A DNA stretch of 62,936 nt, filler included, from Reclinomonas americana ATCC 50394 (Eukaryota): NCBI GenBank assembly GCA_048213135.1. It is 5 parts of 3 records of this genome, joined end to end, with 100 filler letters (N's around TTAATTAATTAA, not from the genome) between each part and the next. Parts side by side here need not be neighbours in the genome. Positions count along the whole stretch, not along the records: positions 56,739 to 62,936 come from PS015241.1; 4 more parts are not named here. One strand, 5' to 3'. The notes under the pieces are model-generated. The model was not told where the DNA came from. It made no database searches and saw nothing but the letters and a program-made list of their open reading frames with translations. Shown here in pieces: positions 57,262 to 62,936 of this stretch (its first letter is position 1; the number at the start of each line of letters is the position of its first letter). The translations under genes and the position numbers were made by a program.

Positions 57262-60200
57262 CCCAAGTTCGGCGTCGTCCACTCCGTCGGCCTGCTCAAC
57301 GGCGTGCAGAGCCTCGCTCCCAACACCAACAGCAACCACCTGCGCAGCGCCGTGTGGCAGCGCCTCCTACGCAACTGCGGCACCGAGTTCATGCGCTACC
57401 TGCTGTGCGAGCATCGCGTGTTTGTGCCGACCTCGGCGGCCACGCACGTGCAGGTCGCCGGTCCGGCCATTATCAATCACCGATTCCGCGCCACCGCGAC
57501 TTCTTCTGCTGCTGCCGCCCCACCGCCACCACCACCCGCCGCCGCAGGCCCATCACAACTGCCAGTCCGAGCACCGAAACGGCAGGCCGCCGAACCCTTG
57601 CCCAGGCAACCGACTCCCGCCAAGCGGCGCCGTGTTACAGAGCCGCTGGCCACTCTGAAGATTCCGCGGCATGTGTACCTGTACCGGAGAACATCACAGA
57701 AGCGGCCAGGACTGCCCACCGACCGTTGCGAAGAAGATGGCTCTCTCTGCGCGCCACTCGCTGTTGCTCATTGATTCTTCCCGCTTGCAGACATCTTGTA
57801 CAAACTCGGCAAGTCGGGCAACGCCGGTCGCGATCTCGCGCTGCACATCATGCAAGACGGCAGCAACACACCACTACCACCGTCGGCAGAACCCAACCGC
57901 AACGCGCATTACGTGCCGAAGCGGCTGGTGGCCTTTGCGGAACTCTGTCACACCTTTCTCGCCCGTCATCACCGCTTCAACCACTCGGCGATGTTGAATC
58001 TGCACGCGCCGTGCCACGGATCGCCGCGCGAATGGGACGAGGCGGCCACGGCGTCCAAGTCGGCCGGCTCAATCTTCGACGCCGACATCAACACGCAGGA
58101 GAGCGCGGTGTCGCAGATTGCCGGTGACGGTGCTGAAGGTCAGTGCGGACATGTAAAAGTCGGTGATGTCGTGATTCACTTTCTCATGCATGTGCACAGC
58201 AAGTTACGACATGCCCATGCCGCCGACTCCGCAAGTGGGCGGATCGTCCAGCGTGCTGTCGTTCGCCTCTCCGCCCTCGCACGTGTTTCTCTACATTCGG
58301 TCCGTGATCCGCAAGTGCGTACCACTGGAGGCGTGGGGAACCGAGGCCAATCAGCGCAAGTTCCTTTCAGATATCCTTTTTGGTGATACCTTCGCATCCA
58401 CCGTGTTCGTGCGTGCTGCGACCGATTCCTTGACCATGCGTGCCACCCGTCGACGACTTTATCAGGGGCAAGCGCTACGAGAATGTGTGTCTCGGCCATT
58501 TTCGCGACGGTATCAGCTGGAAGGCAATTCCGTGGATCAGCGAGTGCGGCGCTGACCACTTCACCAAGGAGACCATGCTGCTTCGCTTTCTCAAGTGGCT
58601 CGTGTTCGATGTGGTGCTGCAGCTCATGGCTGTCAATTTCTACTGCACGGAGACGGCGCCGCATGGTAATCATCCGCTCCAGCGAGTGTGTCACCTCTCT
58701 CCTTATACTCACCGTGCATCCAACAGGCCAGCGATTGATGTACTTTCGACAACCGATCTGGGATCGCCTCTCACGGCGTGCATTCCAAAAGCTGCACGAT
58801 TCCGGCATGTTGCGCCAGATCAACACTGCAGAACGCACCGCTCTCACCGCGCGACGCAAGCTGGGCGAAGCCTCCTCGAAACTGCGCTTCGTCCCCAAAG
58901 AGGTCAGTCCTGAGTCGGTTATGCCACGCTTTCCCTCCCGCTCACGCGCGGCGCAGTCGGGTTTCCGTCCAATCTTCAACCTGTCGCGCAAGGTGGCTGT
59001 CGCCGGTCGCTTCCCCACCTCGGCGAATGCGCTGCTCCGCGACGCTCTGGCGGTGATCAGTCTGCACATGGAGTGCAATCCGCGCCTGATGGGTGCCGCC
59101 GTGTTCGACCGCAACGACTTTTTTCGGCTGTTTGCGCCGTTTGCCGTGCACCACCAGGAGCGCAGCGCACGCACGCAGACGCCGATGCCAGAGTTCTACG
59201 CCGTGTCCGTGGACGTGCGAGGCGCATTCGACTCGCTGCCGCACCCCTCACTCGCCACCGCCGTGCGAGCCACGTTTACCGAGTCACTGTATCTGCTCGT
59301 CAAGTGTGCGGTGCTGTCGGGATCGACATCCAATTTGCGCACGCGCTTTCCGCTCATCGCCCGCAACATTCTGGCCGACGGCTACCCCGAGTTTCTCGAA
59401 CTGGCGCGTGATTGGCTCACCAAGAGGTTCTCGCCGGCGGTGTTTGTCGATAAGGTGGGGGAAGGGGAAAGGTAGAAGGGGAAGGTAGAAGGGGAAGGTA
59501 GAAAGGGAAGGTTGCTGGGGGCAAGGATCATGCTGCACTTGCTTGCCTCACCACTCTTACCCTGATCGCTAAATGTTCTCTCTTGTCTCAGTTTTGACTG
59601 TATGTCCTCTCTCTCAGGCACACATCAGTGCCCCATTTGCACCTTCGCTGCCTTTCTCGACTGGCATTCTGTGTTTCTCTTTGACAACATCCTTGTCACT
59701 GTCGTCAGTGCCTCGTCTTTTGTGATTGCGTCCCCTCTCTCCCTTTATGCTCTTGCGATTCCGTTGCTCTCTGTGTTTCTCTGGACTCCGGCCCTTATTT
59801 TGAGTTTCGTTCTGACTTGCCTCTTCTCTCTCTTTCTCTCACTCTCTCTCTCGCACTCTCTTTGCTGCCCGGATCTTGTTCAATCCTGCTCACCTCTCTC
59901 CTCATTGCATACACCTGTTACTCGCACCCAGCACTTGCTCTCTCATCCCTCCGCCGCACTCACCTATTACCTTCCCCTTTTCTTCCCTTCCCCCCTACGC
60001 CAGGTGCTCTACCACCTCTCCCCCCGCGAAGACATCCTCTCCCTCCTCGACGACCTCGTCCTCTCCAACCTCGTCAACTACGACGGCAGCGTGTCGCTGC
60101 AAGAGATCGGCATTCCGCAAGGCTCGGTGGTCTCGACGCACCTGTGCAATCTGCTGTATGCGCAGCTGGAGCGCAAGTTTCTCGATTTTCTCTCGCTGCC

Positions 60201-61874
60201 CGACGACGGCGAGGATCCCGGTGCGAAGCCTCTTTCTCTCTGTCTCTCTCTCTCTCTCACACACATTCCCCGTGCGAGCTCACTCTCCTGCTTGCAGCAT
60301 TCGTGGCTAGCAGTCACTGGCTGGCGGGCTCGACGCTGCTGGTGCGCATGACCGACGATTTCCTCCTCATTACATCGTCGCGCATCAAGGCCGAGCGATT
60401 CCTGCGGGTGATGGCGGGTGGCGTGCCTGAGTTCGGCGTGTCGGTGAATCTCGACAAGACGCAGAGCAACTTTGAGTCGCCAGCCGGTGGCACACGCACC
60501 AGTGGCAGTCGCTTCATTCGGTGGTGCGGCCTGTTGCTCGACACGGTGCAGCTGGAGCTTCTGTACGATTACTCGCGGTTGTACAGGAAACGTGAGAGTG
60601 TTGCTTGATGCACAAGCGTTGCAATGGTGGCGTACTCATTTCTTTTCTGCGCGAAGATATGGGCAATACGATTTCCGTGGACGTGGCGCGCAACGCTGGT
60701 CGACAGCTGCAGGAGCGAGTGATTTCGTTGCGTGCATGGAGGGGAAGGAGGGAGGAGGGGGGAGGGGGGAGAGAGGCAGAGGAAGAGGAAGAGGAGAGGG
60801 AGATGGAGGGGGAGAAAGCAAGGAGGGGGAGAGGGATAGGGAGAAGGAGAGCGAAGAGGAGAGGGGAGAGGGAAGAGGGAAGAGGGAGAGGAAGAGGAAG
60901 AGGAAGAGGAAGAGGGAGAGGGAGAGGGAGAGAGAGGGGGATGAAAGGGGACGGGAGGATGAGGGGGGAGAGAGAGGGAGAGGAAGAGGGGAGAGGGAGT
61001 GGGAGAGGGAGAGGGAGAGAGGGGGAGGGAGAGGAAGAGGGAAGAGTGAAGAGGAGAGGGAAAGGGGAAGGAGAGAATGATGAGAATAGGAGGAGGAGAG
61101 ATGACTGAAGAATAAGAGGGATATAGGATGAGGGAGAGGGATGCACACGAAGTGGAGGAATGAGAAGAGAACCAAAAAGGAGTGATGCCCTCTCGCTCAT
61201 CAATTCTCGCAGTGTCATGGAGCAGCGCCTGCAGCCAGTGGTCCTCGATCCGGCGGTGCTCAGCGAGCGCACCATTGCCCGCAACATCTACTGCGTGATG
61301 AGCTGGACGGCCATGCGACTGCACTTGGCGGTGCGCGACATGAGTGCACGCGCCGGCATTCGTCAGGAGTTTGTCATTCGTTGCGTTCCCGACGCTTGCT
61401 GATTCACTTGCAAGCATTGCACTCACCCCAATGAACAGGAACGGCATTCGCGCTGCTCAACGCCGCGCAACACCGCTGCTATCGCATCGGGCGGCGCGAT
61501 GGCGATGGCGACGGTGGATTGCTGCGCTGCAAGGCGGCGGTGCAATGGTGCGCACAACCATGCAGCACACGAAATTCTCCTTCGACTTGTCTCATTCCTA
61601 TTGGTGCAGGATTGGCCTCACGGCATTCCTGCACGCTCTTCAGCGCAAGCAGTCGCGCTACCGCGACCTGCTGCCGCGGCTTGCCAGCCTGCAGTACTTT
61701 ATGTTCGCCAACATCCCCTCGCGCATGACCGCATGGTTGCTCCACGACGAGTGCCTCGGTTCGCTGCTGTGTCCACCCATTGCAGATCCTGCGGCGACTG
61801 GCGCGCGCCGCATCGCCATGCTGCAAGATGTGCCACAGCATCGGCAGGCGCCCCACTTGCTGGTCAAGTACTGA
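57262..61874 (+). CDS. TERT: Telomerase reverse transcriptase (5' end missing)
   Basis: GQ motif (PNT..WQRLL..G..MRYLL..VF..QVAG), GLPTDHIL, VP..WG..N, T motif FYCTE..MYFRQPIW, LRFVPK/FRPI, A DVRGAFDSL, B' GIPQGS, C LVRMTDDFL, D VNLDKT, E WCGLLLD, CTE WIGLTAF..LQRKQSRY. Confidence 0.96.
58371..58446 (+). other. U12-type (minor spliceosome) AT-AC intron in TERT, 76 nt, phase 1
   Basis: 5' ATATCCTTT; branch site TTCCTTGAC at 58426-58434; ends CAC; removal restores NQRKFLS-A-VDDFIRGKRYE. Confidence 0.9.
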
Positions 61875-61928
61875 CGGGATATAAAAAAACACGGCGGCGC
61901 GGGCATTTACTGGAAGCGGCACGGCACG

Positions 61929-62830
61929 TCAGATGCGTGAGTCGGGCTCTCGTCGAAAGTGGCGCACTGTGGCCGCGTCAAAACTCTCCAGTCCGTCTGG
62001 GAGAGGGAGTGAGCGATTTGTCTGCCGGGCAAAGAGAGGGAGAGGGAGAGCGGACGAACCGACTTGTGTGCCAATGACCTTGGCAATGTCGGCGCGCATA
62101 ATGAATGAGATGCGTGAGTCGGTGACGACTTGGTCCCAGTGTTTGACGAGGGCGCGCACGGTGGTCAGCCACTGGTGGGGGAAGGGGGGAGAAGGGGATG
62201 GGTGAGCAAGGAGAGGGATATGGGGCAGGACGAGCAGGGAAGGGAGAGGAGGCAAGGGCAAGGGAGGAGCAGTAGGATGAAGTGAGGCATGGGGATAGGG
62301 ACACGACTGAGGATGAAGAACAAGAGGAGACGAGAAGGGAGCAGGAGAGTGAGGAGCAGGATGAGCCGGTTGTGGAACAGGCCGCGTAGAAGAGAGGCAT
62401 GGAGATTAGGACATGACTGAGGACGAAGAACAAGAGAAGAAGAGAAGGGAGCAGGAGGAGAATGAGGAGCAGGACGAGCCGGTTGTGGAGCAGGCCGCGT
62501 AGAAGTGAAGGATTGGAATACGGACATGAATGAGGACGCGGAACAAGAGGAGACGAGAGAAGGGAGCAGAGGAGAGTGAGGAGCAGGATGAGCCGGTTGT
62601 GGAACAGGCCGCGTAGAAGTGAGGCAAGAGAATAAGGACATGACTGAGAACGTGGAACAGGAGGAGACGGTGGAAGAGAAGGGAGCAGGAGGAGAAGCAC
62701 TCGTTCCAGGGAAAGAGATTTGCGACTGCACAGAGGAGCTCAGACAAGGAGCACGAGAGTCGCAGAAGTTAGGAGCAGAGCTCTCCATTAAGGCAAGTGT
62801 CGAGAACAATACGGAGGCGATCGCTCAACG
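61929..62830 (-). CDS. 3' exons of an unidentified gene convergent with TERT
   Basis: Exon-like WLTTVRALVKHWDQVVTDSRISFIMRADIAKVIGTQ with flanking splice signals; continues past the window end. Confidence 0.45.
62250..62700. repeat. 3-4 copies of a ~115-120-bp purine-rich direct repeat, probably intronic
   Basis: GAGGAGCAGGA(T/C)GAGCCGGTTGTGGA(A/G)CAGGCCGCGTAGAAG recurs near 62351, 62464 and 62578. Confidence 0.75.
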
Positions 62831-62936
62831 ATGAGAAGAGAGAGTCAAAGTGATGGCGCCAGTATCGAGCGTGCACGCGCGAGTTAAGGGATGCGGAATC
62901 ATCTCGCTCACCCTCTTTCCATCTCTCTCTCTCTCT

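Noticed and set aside
57262-61874. RT domain as a retrotransposon or Penelope-like element
   Set aside because: GQ, T-motif and CTE signatures, many introns and no endonuclease identify a cellular TERT

Overview
Gappy draft scaffold from an intron-rich, GC-rich eukaryote, probably a flagellated protist (species not identifiable from the sequence). Bases 1-11.5 kb hold a head-to-tail array of at least 9 intronless WD40 genes with hypervariable repeat positions and a conserved Cys-containing C-terminal module. The rest is spliced genes: a pseudokinase-HECT E3 fusion (some contigs flipped in the assembly), DEAD-box helicase DBP7/DDX31, a small basic protein, a secreted SUEL-like lectin, a giant secreted H-lectin/FnIII/cadherin-like/LamG protein, TXNL4B/Dim2, TMEM234, a GNAT acetyltransferase, a SHIPPO/ODF3-like protein and telomerase reverse transcriptase (TERT). 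Top observations: (1) about 24 introns use an atypical GTTG[C/A]G donor, nearly always after a non-G exon end, which suggests routine +1-shifted U1 recognition; (2) TERT carries a U12-type AT-AC intron and minor-spliceosome-associated TXNL4B is in the same window; (3) the WD40 array looks like a diversifying receptor/adaptor repertoire with patchwork gene conversion and a shared palindromic upstream motif. Exon boundaries were inferred by eye from reading frames and protein motifs, not from transcripts.
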